NCBI GenBank assembly: GCA_048128005.1
Contig: JBEUKZ010000045.1
Coordinates: 124,001 to 164,121, forward strand
Length of the DNA: 40,121 nucleotides
Direction of reading: 5' to 3'
DNA from: Veleropilina oligotropha
Taxonomy: Eukaryota
A program made the translations under genes and the position numbers. Each line of letters begins with the position of its first letter. The stretch's first letter is position 1. Below the pieces are notes generated by a model. It saw only the letters and a program-made list of their open reading frames with translations, made no database searches and was not told where the DNA came from. Shown here piece by piece: positions 1-12,499 of this stretch.

Positions 1-1079
1 CTTATCGCAAGCTGCATTTGTCTTTAGTAGAAATTTGGGGTCGCATAAAGGAAAAGAACCCCGTATGTTTGTCGAAGCTGTGTATCTTTTGATTACATTC
101 AAGGTTACCGCTGCGGACCATGGCTGATTACACGGGTAGGATAGCGAGTGAGTGACAGGGTAGTACGCTTCACGTGATACAACTACCACAATCTTTAAGG
201 AAGTCTCTAATCCGTAGAGTTGTCGGAAAAGACTAGATATGAACCTCACACTTGATACTAAATATCAGTAGCAAGTACCCCGACCAAGATAAATACCAAG
301 ACCGACTATATTAAAGCTTTATTAAGTAGGCTAGTCGGTCACACGCTAAATTGAATACGGGAGGTTATACATAGAAAACCGCCATGAACACCTGAAAACC
401 TCGTGGTTGTTTATTTAACTGTGACGAATTATTCCAGATTCGGCAGATAGACAGAATAACGCACGTTAATACCTAAAGATCTGCATTGTTAGCGACGTTA
501 AATTCGATTGAACAAAGTTACTAAGAATTTAAGGAAGCTACACCGCTAAGGAATTATTTAATATATATATATGAACTACACAGTAATATTAAGCAATATT
601 AGACCAAAAACACTTCTTCCTTTGAAAGGTTCGAGTACACGAAACTTTCCCGCTTGAAGATCTTTTCACTTTTATCGGAGAAATCGAAATACTCGTGGCC
701 CGTAACACAAATCTTCTGTTTTGGTAAATCCGGTCCCAAATAATACTCCTTCACAGTTAGCTTGTACAATGATTATCTAATCATAATCGGCACTTTATAG
801 TGCGCAAGTAACTCTTTAAAGGTACACTTTATAACAAAAGATCGTCTTATTGGCAGAACAAATTCAAGCACGTCCGGACGGTTTGACGGATGACTTAAAA
901 TTGGCTTGGCTCTGCCTCGATCTCGGAGATCTCGCGAGACTTGGGCAAGTCTCGTGAGAGGAACGTTGAAGAGGGTGAGCAGGGGAGGTAAGCGTGTACA
1001 AATTTATGAAAGTGAAAACGCTTTTCACAGTTTCCGGTTTAGCGATAATAGGGATATTATGGCATAGGTAATGATGACA
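1..1079 (-). mobile_element. Possible LTR (plus start of internal region) of an LTR retrotransposon, running off the window edge
   Basis: Minus strand begins TGTCATCA at 1079; AATAAA at 323-318; CA followed by TGGTCCGCAGCGG (PBS-like) near 121-108. No second LTR, TSD or coding region is visible. Confidence 0.3.
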
Positions 1080-1123
1080 CATTGTATATTTGCAACTAAT
1101 ATGTTCATTTTCCGCATCGTTAC

Positions 1124-1210
1124 CTTAGCGTTAGACCACGGAAATAAAATCCCCAGGACAAACAATCCGAAGAGAGGGCCACTCAACACGCTGGTGATGG
1201 CGTACGATGC
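1124..1210 (-). CDS. SLC5 exon (87 bp), last visible: ASYAITSVLSGPLFGLFVLGILFPWSNAK
   Basis: GPLxGLFxLGxxFPxxN motif; tccag acceptor, gtaacg donor; phase 0 to 0. Confidence 0.94.
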
Positions 1211-1306
1211 CTGGAAGATAAAGATGCTTTACATACATATATACAGAGTGCTTTATAGGCACGGGCTATGACAACGTGGTCATTATTTTATTTTCAGTTT
1301 ATTGTT

Positions 1307-1609
1307 TATTGAACGTATTTTATTGCAATAATACAATTTTTGAATCGGGCAAAAGTTATTACAACTTACATTGGCCCTTTCCATACAGAAATGTATACAA
1401 CATGGGAACTTTTAAACAATCATTATAGTAACATACATATAGTGCTGTGCGGTGGGGTGCTCGTGAGAGGGTGCTGGGGCAATGAATATTTGTTCATGCT
1501 AGTAATTCATTATTACATAAATGTTTATCTATATAGTATAGTGCATGTATAACGATTGTCGGTGATGTATGCTATGGACAATGTAGCAAGGTATTATTGA
1601 TTTGAGAAT
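1307..1609 (-). repeat. Dispersed ~300-bp repeat, copy 1 (possibly a LINE 3' end)
   Basis: Near-identical inverted copy at 26403-26709; the minus strand ends in AATAAA and an A-rich tail. Confidence 0.85.
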
Positions 1610-1992
1610 TTTCAGTAGTATCTTCTATTGAAGAAATACTGCTGGTTAGTAGATGTTTAGATAGGTACTTATTTTTCTCCACATATAAATACAAAATAAG
1701 ATTGTGCAACGGACTTATTCCATTTAGGTAATGTCGTTCGGATAACTAAATTAATATACAGTATAATATAAAGAGCAACATATAATATAAAGAACAAAGA
1801 ATGTAATTCAGTTTGGGTAATATACTAGCTGGTTGTTAATGGAACTCGATATCTGTTCTATTGGCCATCGAGGAATGCATATCCAGATCGAGTAGACTCC
1901 CTTTGCTGAACTTTATTTCCCGTCGCAGTTGTTGTATATTTTTTCCCCAGTCAACGAATGAAACCTGCTGGATTGTACGCACTACAACTTAC

Positions 1993-2060
1993 CTGCATAA
2001 CCGACCCCATGAACTGCCCCGCAAAGGCCAACCCCATACATATGACGCCAAACACGACAA
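1993..2060 (-). CDS. SLC5 exon (68 bp): IVVFGVICMGLAFAGQFMGSVMQ
   Basis: cacag acceptor, gtaagt donor; phase 1 to 0; hydrophobic helix ending G-x-V-x-Q as in SLC5A5/6/8. Confidence 0.9.
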
Positions 2061-2649
2061 CTGTGGATAAAAAGACCATTGCTAAAACACGCCACAATTA
2101 AATGATCTGTGAATACGTTATAAGTTATAGCTGATTATGATTCCATCGTGTATTTGTTTTCATCTGTTATTATTTGCGCCGTTCTTTAGTTTAACCATAC
2201 ATGCTGATTTAGAGGTTCACTGACTCGCATTTTCGATATATCTCAAATTATAATTAGTGACGACATAATTATATGACATAGAGTCATTATCCTGATGTGT
2301 GACCAATTATTGCATAAGTAATGGATATAAACCGAAAGACGATCCATTCTTAAAGAAATATTGGACCGATGAAGGCGCAATAGCCGGTGATCCAACATTC
2401 AACAATGTATCGTGTGAGGCTTATATCTTCCTTAAACTATTGTTTTCCATTTGAATAATGATAATTTGTGTTTTGTCTTAACATATCGCATTATTAGTTA
2501 ATTACTATTAATGCTCTCAAATAGTATGACTTCAATATTAATATTAACAACAAGCTAAAGTATATTATTTTAGTCGTTAATTTTAAAGATGCATTGCCCG
2601 TAACGATCGCTTATTGTCATACAAAGCCTTTATTACCTATTTTTGGATG

Positions 2650-3020
2650 TTACAAAAAGTTTTGATGATTCAAATTGGAAGAATAGATTCAAGATGGCCA
2701 CCTCTGAGAGATTCCTCGTGATCGCTCAAGACAGGCCATTTCTTAACCGAATATTATCAAATTTGGTATGTGTATTGGTTTGGGAGAGGACACGGCACCT
2801 AGAAATTTTGGGTGTGGTCCGACCTCCAAAATGGCCGATTTGGCTTCCATCTTGGATTTTAAAGCATAAAGCCAGCGATGCGAAAATTTCTACATATGAT
2901 GGACGTCTTATGATGAAGTTGTATTGCGAGCGAAAAATCAATCGGGCATAAGACAAGATGGCTGCGTGCTATAGGACGCGATCATCTTGAAGCCCTCTAC
3001 AGATGCTTTGCAGCTTTAAT
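2650..3020 (+). mobile_element. Fragment of a non-autonomous interspersed element (HINE-like)
   Basis: Repeated aagatggc / aaaatggc motifs and an aaatttggtatg motif similar to other elements in the window; boundaries approximate. Confidence 0.35.
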
Positions 3021-3200
3021 TAACTATTAATTTTTTTCATTTTTAATTTTTTAATTTACTAGTTATATTTTTAATTTACTATTTTTTTAATTTACTATTT
3101 TTTTAATGTACTATTTTTTAATTTACTATTTTTTTAAATTACTATTTTTTTAATTTACTATTTTTTTAATTTACTAATTTTTTTTTAATTTACTATTTAT
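3020..3200. repeat. AT-rich minisatellite (ttttttaatttacta)n, about 11 copies
   Basis: Directly visible 14-16-bp tandem unit. Confidence 0.9.
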
Positions 3201-3904
3201 TCTACGGCGGCACTATGCCTGTATTTTTAGTTGTGTGCATATCCGATGGTAGTGGCTAATATCATAACAAGTATTGTATTACAGCGGATAAGCAATATTA
3301 TTGTGCACTTTATGATAAAAGCATGAAATTTTTCACAGATATTCAGATTTGGAGCCATCTTCAATTTGACCCCTGGTGACCTAGGTTGGTCATTGAATTT
3401 TGGCCAATTTGAAAATCAATTTGGCACAGAGTTATCTCCCTTTACATTGTTAAATGTATTGTTTAGTGCGTTAAAAAAGCGACAAAGAGGTAATTATTTG
3501 TTATTTTACAGAAAATGTATGTTTAATAAAGATTGAAAGCACCGAAAACATCATTCTATATATTATGTATTTAAGTTGTACATAATTTGCATGATAGGCG
3601 ATTTCATGGAACCTTGAATTTTCGCGCAAAACAGGGAAGCAGTCTTAATGCATTTTATTTGCAAATAATATTTTTCCAGGATAATTTTAATTACAAAGCC
3701 TCCATTTACTCCATTAACCGGTCTATATGTATTATGTATAGTAATTAGGCTTTTCATACACGGAAATTCATAGCAGATATTGTAATAAAATAGCGCATTA
3801 AATTGTATCGATTAATAATAATATGGGCCTATATCCTAACTTTATAGGAATTTATAAAAAATATGTTAATTGTTTACATTTTCCACCCGTCCCATGCGGA
3901 CAGT

Positions 3905-4605
3905 TCATAACAAATTACAGAGATTGGACGCTACCACTTTTCAACATGACATAGGCTTTAGGTGTGGGTCATGAGAAAAAAGTATTTGGGGGGATGTCAT
4001 GCAAAAACTATACACCGTTTTGTAATAACTATACAGTTTGGTGAAAATGGTTCATAAATGTTGGCAAGAAAGACCATGTTTGCTCTCTCAGAATGCAAGA
4101 GAAGTGGTTTCACACTGTTAATTGTTGAAAAAATCATAGCAAAAATTATAAAGGTTGGACCCTACCTGTTTTTAAAATTACACAGACATTGAGGGTGGGT
4201 CATGTAAAAGACAGTGTTTGGATGTGTGTCATGAAAAAATGAAACAACGGTTTGTATTACGCATAAACTTTTGGGTGATAATGATTCATAATTGATAGTG
4301 GTAAGAAATTCCGCCTTTGCACTCCCAGAAATCAAGAGAGGGACTTTCACACCGTTAATTGTCCAATTCACCCCCCCCCCCCCGCGCATAAGGCCTCGCC
4401 CCATGCCGACAAATCATAACAAATATGCAAAGGCTGAAACCTACCACTTTTCAAAGTGAGATAGGCTATAGGGGTAGGTCATAAAAAAGTGTTGGTGGTG
4501 TGTCATGAATAAATTACACAACGTTCTGTAATAATCATACAGATTGGTGAAAATTGTCCATAAATGTTGGAAAGTGATACCATGTTTGCATGTTACGATT
4601 TCAGC
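3905..4605. repeat. Three diverged ~230-280-bp tandem units, probably internal to a non-autonomous DNA element
   Basis: ctacc..tttt...gggtcat...tgtcatg.aaaa...ggtga.aat...cataa recurs at about 3931, 4162 and 4441. Confidence 0.75.
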
Positions 4606-5168
4606 AGTGATTTTTTATTATATAAAACAACAAACAATGTAGATTATTTCACTTTGAATCATCAAAACTTGTTATAACATATACATATACGTAAGTATGG
4701 CATTTGAGGGCATTTTGTTAGCAACTTTAATTAACAAGACGTTTAGTTTGAATATGAGTAATTTTATTACCAAAATTATGCCATAAAACGAATAAATTTT
4801 AAATCCTAGACTTATACATTCGGAAGAGATGACCTATATTTTATCGCTTCGTTGAACTGATGTAATATGGAGAACTGATGCTTATAAGACAAAAATGTAT
4901 AAACAAATTGATAATTATATATACATGATATATACATGATCACTTCGATATTAGTATTCTGTCGGTAGAGTGCTGCTTTATTTGCAATTCGTTTGACGTT
5001 GGGTACATTCGATCTAACTCATGTTGTGACGTCATAAAATTATATGTGAAATACGGTTATGACGTCATAAAACTGTGAACAGTTTTGCACACGATCCGAT
5101 CCAGTTAAGTATTGACCATGATAGTTGTGTTATATATTACCAGGTAATAAAGATTATACTAATCGTAC

Positions 5169-5284
5169 TCAGCAACTTGGAAACGATGGTCGCCCGGTAC
5201 TCGGATATATCACCGCAACAAAATGGACGAATAAAGTCTGTAAGAACTACAGCCGCTAACGAATTTAATCCCGAAGAAATGGTG
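5169..5284 (-). CDS. SLC5 exon (116 bp): STISSGLNSLAAVVLTDFIRP...VSKLL
   Basis: STxSSGxNS segment corresponding to the Na2-site helix of SLC5 proteins; ttcag acceptor, gtacga donor; phase 2 to 1. Confidence 0.94.
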
Positions 5285-5888
5285 CTGAAAACAGATATAC
5301 AACAAATGAAGGGCGACAGAAACAGCCACTCAATAGCCAGGAACGTTCTCCTCTTGACAGATAAATTCTTACGATTTGATTTTTGAACCTATTTTAATGC
5401 CTCTCTACAAAATTATTTATGTACCTATTTTCAGACATATTTACAGGTCAATGTACGAAAATTATTACTCTTTGGTGGCAGCCGCGTAAATGGACAAATT
5501 GAAGAGAACGGTCACAATAATGCAAAAAGAAGAGTATTATTTTAAATTACGCCTTTTTCGTAATTTTGACGTATATAATTAAGGATTTCATGAATTATAA
5601 AGAACGATTAGTGATAATATGATATTTCGTCAATTTATGAAATTATATTATTATTGGCATTTTGCTATTATTATCTTATAATTAAACGATGCTGTAATTA
5701 ATAAGAATGTGACTCAAAATTTGGTCTTCTGAACGCTCTGATTATCAGGAATGGGTTCGAATCCTCGGCTGGGCAGGCCGGTGTGGGAGACTTTTTCTGA
5801 GCAAACGTGAATCCCAGGCAATTATATGGGCAAGTCCTGGTATGACGCTGAACTGTATGAAAATGGGATGTTGAGCATTGGCGCAAAC

Positions 5889-5977
5889 CTTAAGCTGCCG
5901 CTGAAAAGACATGATGTGAATACGCCGGGAAGACCACGAACATGGCCAAGAATGTCCAACACGAATAGAGGTAATAA
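5889..5977 (-). CDS. SLC5 exon (89 bp): LLPLFVLDILGHVRGLPGVFTSCLFSGSL
   Basis: GLPGxF...FSGSL motif; ttcag acceptor, gtttgc donor; phase 0 to 2. Confidence 0.94.
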
Positions 5978-6309
5978 CTGAAAAAGAAACAAGGCAATCA
6001 TATTGAAAGCTACGCCCCGGTGAAAAGGAATGGTGAGAGCTAGAAATCTCTGCGAATAATAGTGAAAGCCGAAAATCCGCAAACCCAAAACGGACGTCAG
6101 ATTGCGTGTGACGTCGCTTGTCAATCAAAATGTTCTCATTGAACAACCTTGAGTAGGCGTTACAGAAGCTGTTATGATTATAAATAACAACAGTGTTAAT
6201 TATGAGCCAAATCAATTTTGAAAACATCACGGTATAAATAACAACATTGTTATGAGCCAAGTCAGGAGTTTGTTTAGTAAGTTTATCATTGTCAAAGCAA
6301 GATAAATAC

Positions 6310-6443
6310 GTTATCGAGCGACGTCTTGATAAACACGATGCATTGGATACCTTATTACGTTAAACAACTCGGCTAGCGCATCGTTGTTCAACTTCATTCG
6401 GTATTCAATGCACCGTTTGTTTACCGCGACGTCGCTCGACAAC
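6310..6443. mobile_element. ~135-bp palindromic MITE-like element
   Basis: Arms tcgagcgacgtc..taaaca.cgatgcattggatacc and ggtattcaatgcaccg.tgttta..gacgtcgctcga around a central aacaactcggctagcgcatcgttgtt. Confidence 0.75.
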
Positions 6444-6568
6444 TTATAATGTATGGTTAAATACGCATAACTCTGGACTGACAGACCTGGTCATTGTTGG
6501 TGCAGAGTTCACCATATATTTTTAAACTATGGATGTATGGTCTTAGACGTCACTCTGGACTGCCGTAC

Positions 6569-6698
6569 CTGGTCATTGTTGGTGATCAACTTGAAGGCTT
6601 TCGGGTCGCAGGTGTGGTAGAAGGCGAACATTAAAATCCCAATCATACAACAGAGGATGATTATGAGCATTAAGCCTGGCAGGTTGGCCCACAAAGCG
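6569..6698 (-). CDS. SLC5 exon (130 bp): ALWANLPG...FAFYHTCDPKAFKLITNNDQ
   Basis: YxxCDP...DQ motif; gacag acceptor, gtacgg donor; phase 2 to 0. Confidence 0.94.
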
Positions 6699-7357
6699 CT
6701 GTCCAAAGGAAACAAATATGTATTAACTAGTGTCTCTGGCGACGGTCATTTCAATTTTAAATCAATAAAAACGCAATATGTGTTTGGAAATTCCAAAGTG
6801 ATTACTTTTTCACTACTAGAGATTTGGAAAGTTTCCTCATGTTCAAAGCTAATAAAATTGTCAATTTTAGAAAACATTCGACTGAAAAAATGTATTTCAA
6901 TAATTGTATTCGCCATTTGATATAAATTAACAAATAAGCGCCATGTCTGTTTCTTCTATATTAGTTAATAAATTGATCGATGCATAAATTTTAAAACAAA
7001 CATATGATAAGGTCATTACAGGTATAGCGTCTGGCACAACCGTCCACTGTAATTTATACATTCAGTGAAAATAAAACGACTTCATGGATAAATTATATTA
7101 CATGTAAAGGCTAATCGGAAATCCATACAGATGTATACTATTTATTTGCATAACGGTTTTATAAGTTTTTATATCCTAATGATGTGTTAAATATATTTAT
7201 ATATATAGTGAAAATATATAAATTGAAATTGAATAATTGTCATTTATGACTAAACCGAGCTCACATTATATAGGCTAGTCCTATGCTTCTGACCTTCGTA
7301 GCTATCCTTGTGGTTAATACGTTGTTACTGAATAGCACGCTAGATGTCAGCACTTAC

Positions 7358-7498
7358 ATTTGGGCCTTTTTCAATGATGGGCAGGATACGGCCCTTTGTA
7401 CTTGTGCCTGGTTTGTGCCGTAAATGACGACCCAAAAGAAAATGCCGCCGATGAAGACGGACCACACGGTGTGTCGCGTCGCGGGGTCTGGGTTAATT
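7358..7498 (-). CDS. SLC5 exon (141 bp): INPDPATRHTVWSVFIGG...YGTNQAQVQRAVSCPSLKKAQ
   Basis: PDPxxRHTxW and NQAQVQR motifs; tgcag acceptor, gtaagt donor; phase 2 to 2. Absent from the ORF track, translated by hand. Confidence 0.95.
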
Positions 7499-8448
7499 CT
7501 GCAAGAAAAAGGATTTTATTTGATTTTAATGGTAATAGGTAAAAATTAGAAGTTGAAAATTATGGGCTACAAAAATCTTTTTTACCGTATATCATTTTGT
7601 ACCTTACACGATTGTACAAGATTTATTGTAGATAGGGTATATATTATCAAGTATACCTTCCTGTATTGATAATATATATATGATTAAATGATTTACAAAT
7701 AATGATCACTCTTCATCATATATGAAATAAAACATGGCGTTAGTAATAATCCGGGCGCATACTAGTAATTCACTTGACCATCAAACAATAAAGTAATAAA
7801 TAGCAATGACGTCATTACGATGACGCTTTAGATTAATCGTCATTGGGTGACGTCACAATCGACGGGGTGGTAAAGTCTAAATGTACACTACGCCATTGTA
7901 ACGTTATAACTGTTCTGACGGAAATAAAGAAAAGTCAAGACATATTCCGAACGGGCACTCTTTATACAGTAAACAGGCACAATTTACCATGCCTGGTCGG
8001 TGGTGGTTGGTTTCTCTCGGTGAATGAGCTTTTCCTTCTGCGATAATATAGACATGTCCTGATATGAACCTGGAGGTTTTTAAAAGTTGCATTGCCCGTA
8101 AATAGCGAAAAATACTTTTAATTTTAAACCGTAGACCGCAAATTTATTTTTCCAGTTAGCCGAATGTCTGCATGTTTCAATGAGAAGTCTGACGAAAGAA
8201 ATTCTGCGACACGGTGTTTGACGAAATAACAGAATTTCCAAAAAATGGCTGCCGTTGAATGTTAATAATCCACTGGCTGGCAACGATTTCAGTGGCGATA
8301 TTTATTATAAAACAGCAAACAATGTTATGTATGTTCTTTCAGTTTCAATCATCAAAACTCTTTACAAACGTTTCATATATGTAAGTAAGGCATTGATGGA
8401 CAATGTGCATTTCAAATTTAAAATGAGATATTACGGACCGATACGCAC

Positions 8449-8603
8449 TCTGTGAACTGCACGCGGTTGTGCGCGGCCGCGATGTCCCAGGCTCTCTGGA
8501 ACCCCCCGAGCTCGATACTGCCCTGGATCAGCACAGCTAGCAACCCACTGAAGATGACGAGCACTTGAAACGTATCCGTCCATAGGACTGCCTTGATTCC
8601 GCC
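8449..8603 (-). CDS. SLC5 exon (155 bp): GGIKAVLWTDTFQ...HNRVQFTE
   Basis: Hallmark SSS motif GGxKAVxWTDxFQ; ttcag acceptor, gtgcgt donor; phase 0 to 2. Confidence 0.96.
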
Positions 8604-8761
8604 CTGAAAGAAGCCGATAAACAAAGACTGTATTAAATTACGCATGACAGAGGCAGAAACAACAAGGCAATCACAGATCGCAAACCTTCGCCTCGGTGGC
8701 AAGGAATGGTGAAAGATAACAATCTCTGCGAATAATAGATAAAGAACATATTGAGCCTCAT

Positions 8762-9106
8762 TAATAATAATAATAATAATAATCATGGACATTTATATTT
8801 CGCCATATCCGCCCTGGTCGCACGCTCACAGCGCTATCACATAATTACCCCTGGTTTTTCGGCCTGTTCTCATCTAGAACCCATCTCAACTCTCTTTGAG
8901 AGCATTACAGTCAAGCTGCCACTGACGGCGCTACGACTAATTATCACACCGACCAGGTACCCATTTAGGTCGGCTGGGTGAACCGAGGCAAATATGTGCT
9001 TATTTCCTTGCCCAAGTGAAATCGCCGAGCTTTGGGGTCGAACGTGAGACTCTGCAACCACAGAGTCTCGTGAACAACCCACTGAGCCACGACGGTTCGA
9101 ACAAAC
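8762..9106 (-). mobile_element. tRNA-derived SINE, CORE-SINE-like, with (TTA)n tail
   Basis: A box GTGGCTCAGTGG, B box GTTCGACCC, central CTTGGGCAAG...GCCTCGGTT...TAAATGGG resembling the MIR CORE domain, 3' TATAAAT then (TTA)n. Confidence 0.8.
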
Positions 9107-9819
9107 CATGCAAATGTCTGCAGTGATGACATGTAGCTGATATCAGTTAGAAGCGTCAATTCGAGCAACAATATTTAGAAAGAAAAGCTTGAGAATTCAT
9201 GGAAAACAAGAAATATGGTGATATGTCTATGAATAATAGGTAAACATCAATGACTACAGCTGGATAAAAAATATCTGTTAGCCGCCTTTGCTTCGTTAAT
9301 TAGTATATTTTGCCGCTTTGTTGTCAGTAATTTAATGGTAATTTTGATATTGTTAATATGTACTGAAATATATAAAGAAAGGGGACTTTTAAAATGAAAT
9401 TTCTGTAAATAAAAGTGTCTGTTTGCTATTCGGAGGCAAGGGCAACTAAATACGATTTGAATCAGTAAATATAATAACTGAATTCTTGCATCCGAGTATT
9501 TAGTTGTTGTCAAAGCGCATCTGTTTGCTTTTAGAACGACGGTCATGCAAATTAACACTCAATGCATGTAGATAGTCTGATTAAATGGCTTTGCTTGCCT
9601 TGTATTTAATATTAACGTTTATTTGTAACATGAGCAGCGAGGGTAACTAAATAGTCTTGACTCACTGCATGACAGCAGAAGCAAACATTGATCGCGCACA
9701 GCTTAAACAAACACAGATCGAGCCTGAGGTCAGCACAATGACCTTTATTTGTCACTTTTGACAGCTATGTGTTTTGATATAGATTAGCACAGAAAAATAG
9801 ATTTTGAAGTCTTAAAAAT

Positions 9820-10031
9820 TACGAAATTGCGTAATCCGCCATCCGATTCCGATCATCTTTGATGAAGACCGAGCGTAGGGTGGGCCCTAACTCGTGTGCA
9901 AAAACTGAGTTGATCGGAGTAACGGTTGTCGAGATATGCTCGTGGACAGACAGACAAACAGACAAACACACAGACAGACAAACCGACCCGATTGCAATAC
10001 CTTCTCCCACCACTACGTGGGCGAAGGTAAT
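9820..10031 (-). mobile_element. Helentron-associated non-autonomous element (HINE/DINE-1-like), 5' part
   Basis: Terminal hairpin TTACCTTCGCCC..GGGAGAAGGTA followed by a (CTGT)n microsatellite; homologous to 18339-18620, 15275-15500 and 23075-23214. Confidence 0.7.
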
Positions 10032-10404
10032 AACCGCCTTAATGCCGCCTGACAGAAAACGATTTACTTTATACGGCAACAAGAACGACGCGTTCGGAAT
10101 ATGTCTTGGCCTTTTCATTATTGTGGTTATTTTAAGAATAATAAGAATGTGTTTATGGCAATCAAAATTCAAAATATTAAAATTCGGGAAATGTTTATAT
10201 ATATGAAGCATATTAATACGTAATGTTGGTTATTATTGAACATAAACTGGCCTATTAATACATGCATAGGTGCACTATAAGGAGAAATGCCGTCGCATAG
10301 TTATAGTATATATCTTTGCAACTAAAACCATTATAACAAGGAAACATCTAAACTGTATATTTCATAATTTGTACAGTCCTTCTTGTACCCGGCGAAAGCT
10401 TATC

Positions 10405-10972
<568 letters not shown>

Positions 10973-11279
10973 GACTGCATCTATTTCGCTCTGAAAGCAG
11001 CAGGTAAATAAGGGGAGATTACTCTGGCATCTATATTGGTATAATTGGTGACCACTGTGACTAACGGCTTCTGTCAATGTCAGCCTACATACAATATTCA
11101 CACGTTGAAGCAAGTTTTTGGGAATGCTTCCATTAGTAATATGTTGCCGCATACCTTCTGAGAGATGGTTTCTGGGAAAAGTCAAGGAAGACGTTATATA
11201 ATTTATATTAATAGAAGTGCACTTTTATATTATGATGATGAATTGGTGTTCAACTAACAAAGGCTTGGTTGGCAACATT

Positions 11280-11490
11280 GTTTTAAGACTACTCTTGGCA
11301 ATTTTTCAGCCGTATCGTAGTCGGGACACCTGGTTGAAGGTCTCACTCCGATCTGACCGGCATACATAAGGGATATGCCTTCTATTTTTTAAGCGGTAGA
11401 ACGAACCGTCGCTGGTCTCGAACCCGGCACTAACTAACAGTTTCGATTGAGAGACTGACGCGTTAACCATTTACCCGCCGTTGCCGCTAT
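11280..11490 (-). mobile_element. tRNA-derived SINE (Deu/Nin-domain-like)
   Basis: A box (GGTAAATGGTTAACGCG), B box GGTTCGAGACC; body homologous to 28393-28625. Confidence 0.75.
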
Positions 11491-11962
11491 AATGGAGGCG
11501 GCAGCTATCATTGGAAAAACCCTGGCACGCCCGCGGATTGAACCCGTGACCCCCCCCCGCCCGGTAGTAGATCAACAACATATCCATCCATGCTGCACCC
11601 CCCTTTCATGTTACAGCTCATGTGGGTGTTTTGATATCTTCTTATATATAAATACGCAGTTGGTGTTTCTTGAAGCCGGATTTCCTCGACGGATTTTTGC
11701 AATCTTAGTGTCAAATTTGCGAGTGTGCCGATAGGAAGAAATCAAGAACTTCAGATTTTACATTTTTGTCTTATTCGCCCAGAACACGGGGGGCGCATAT
11801 TTGCTATGTGATACGATCGAACGTCGAGCACACCATTATGGGTGGAAATGTATGGTGTCCGGTTCGGGCCATACGAACAACACGAGTGGAAGCAAGTATT
11901 TCACCGAAGCACGGGTTAAAAGCTATTTTTAATGAAGGTGATGATACTGTTCTATAACTTAC

Positions 11963-12030
11963 AATTGTTGTGTACAACACGCACGCCACACCCACAGACG
12001 CAATCAGGGCAAATAAATTAACTCCGGTCA
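11963..12030 (-). CDS. SLC5 exon (68 bp): VTGVNLFALIASVGVACVLYTTI
   Basis: tgcag acceptor, gtaagt donor; phase 1 to 0; continues the reading frame. Confidence 0.93.
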
Positions 12031-12499
12031 CTGCAATCAAACATAAGAATGTCTGTACAATATATTCACTTAGTGACCAGGTATATCCGATAGTGTGATT
12101 ATTATTAATGACCATTTACAGGATTGTCGTTTACGAAAAACATAACGAATAAGTTTATTCCAGCTTGTAATTAAGACTTATATAAGTTAATGAATTACAG
12201 AGTAAAGTGCAATTATACTATTTCATATATTTGCGTGTATACATAAGAAACGTCGTCGAATTTCTCACTTCCTTTAGAATAACTGACAAAATTCTAAGGC
12301 GTCCAATTGATGCTAGTATAGGGAGTTAAAGTCATTCAATAAGGAGATATGTATAGGGCCAGGGAAGACGACGGTGAAAGTCAGAAATGTCTACAATCAA
12401 TATTTCTAAACATGAATTGCAATCATACAAATGTGATGACAAATCATAACAAAATTCAAGTAATAACAATGCTTAAGTAAAAATAATTTAAAAAAAATT

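Noticed and set aside
1340..1552. Twin small ORFs (also 26407-26676) as a duplicated gene
   Set aside because: They lie in a dispersed repeat, start at TTG and show no recognisable domain.
5740..5775. tRNA genes (also ~12500-12570 and the SINE heads)
   Set aside because: Only box-like motifs; no complete cloverleaf could be formed.
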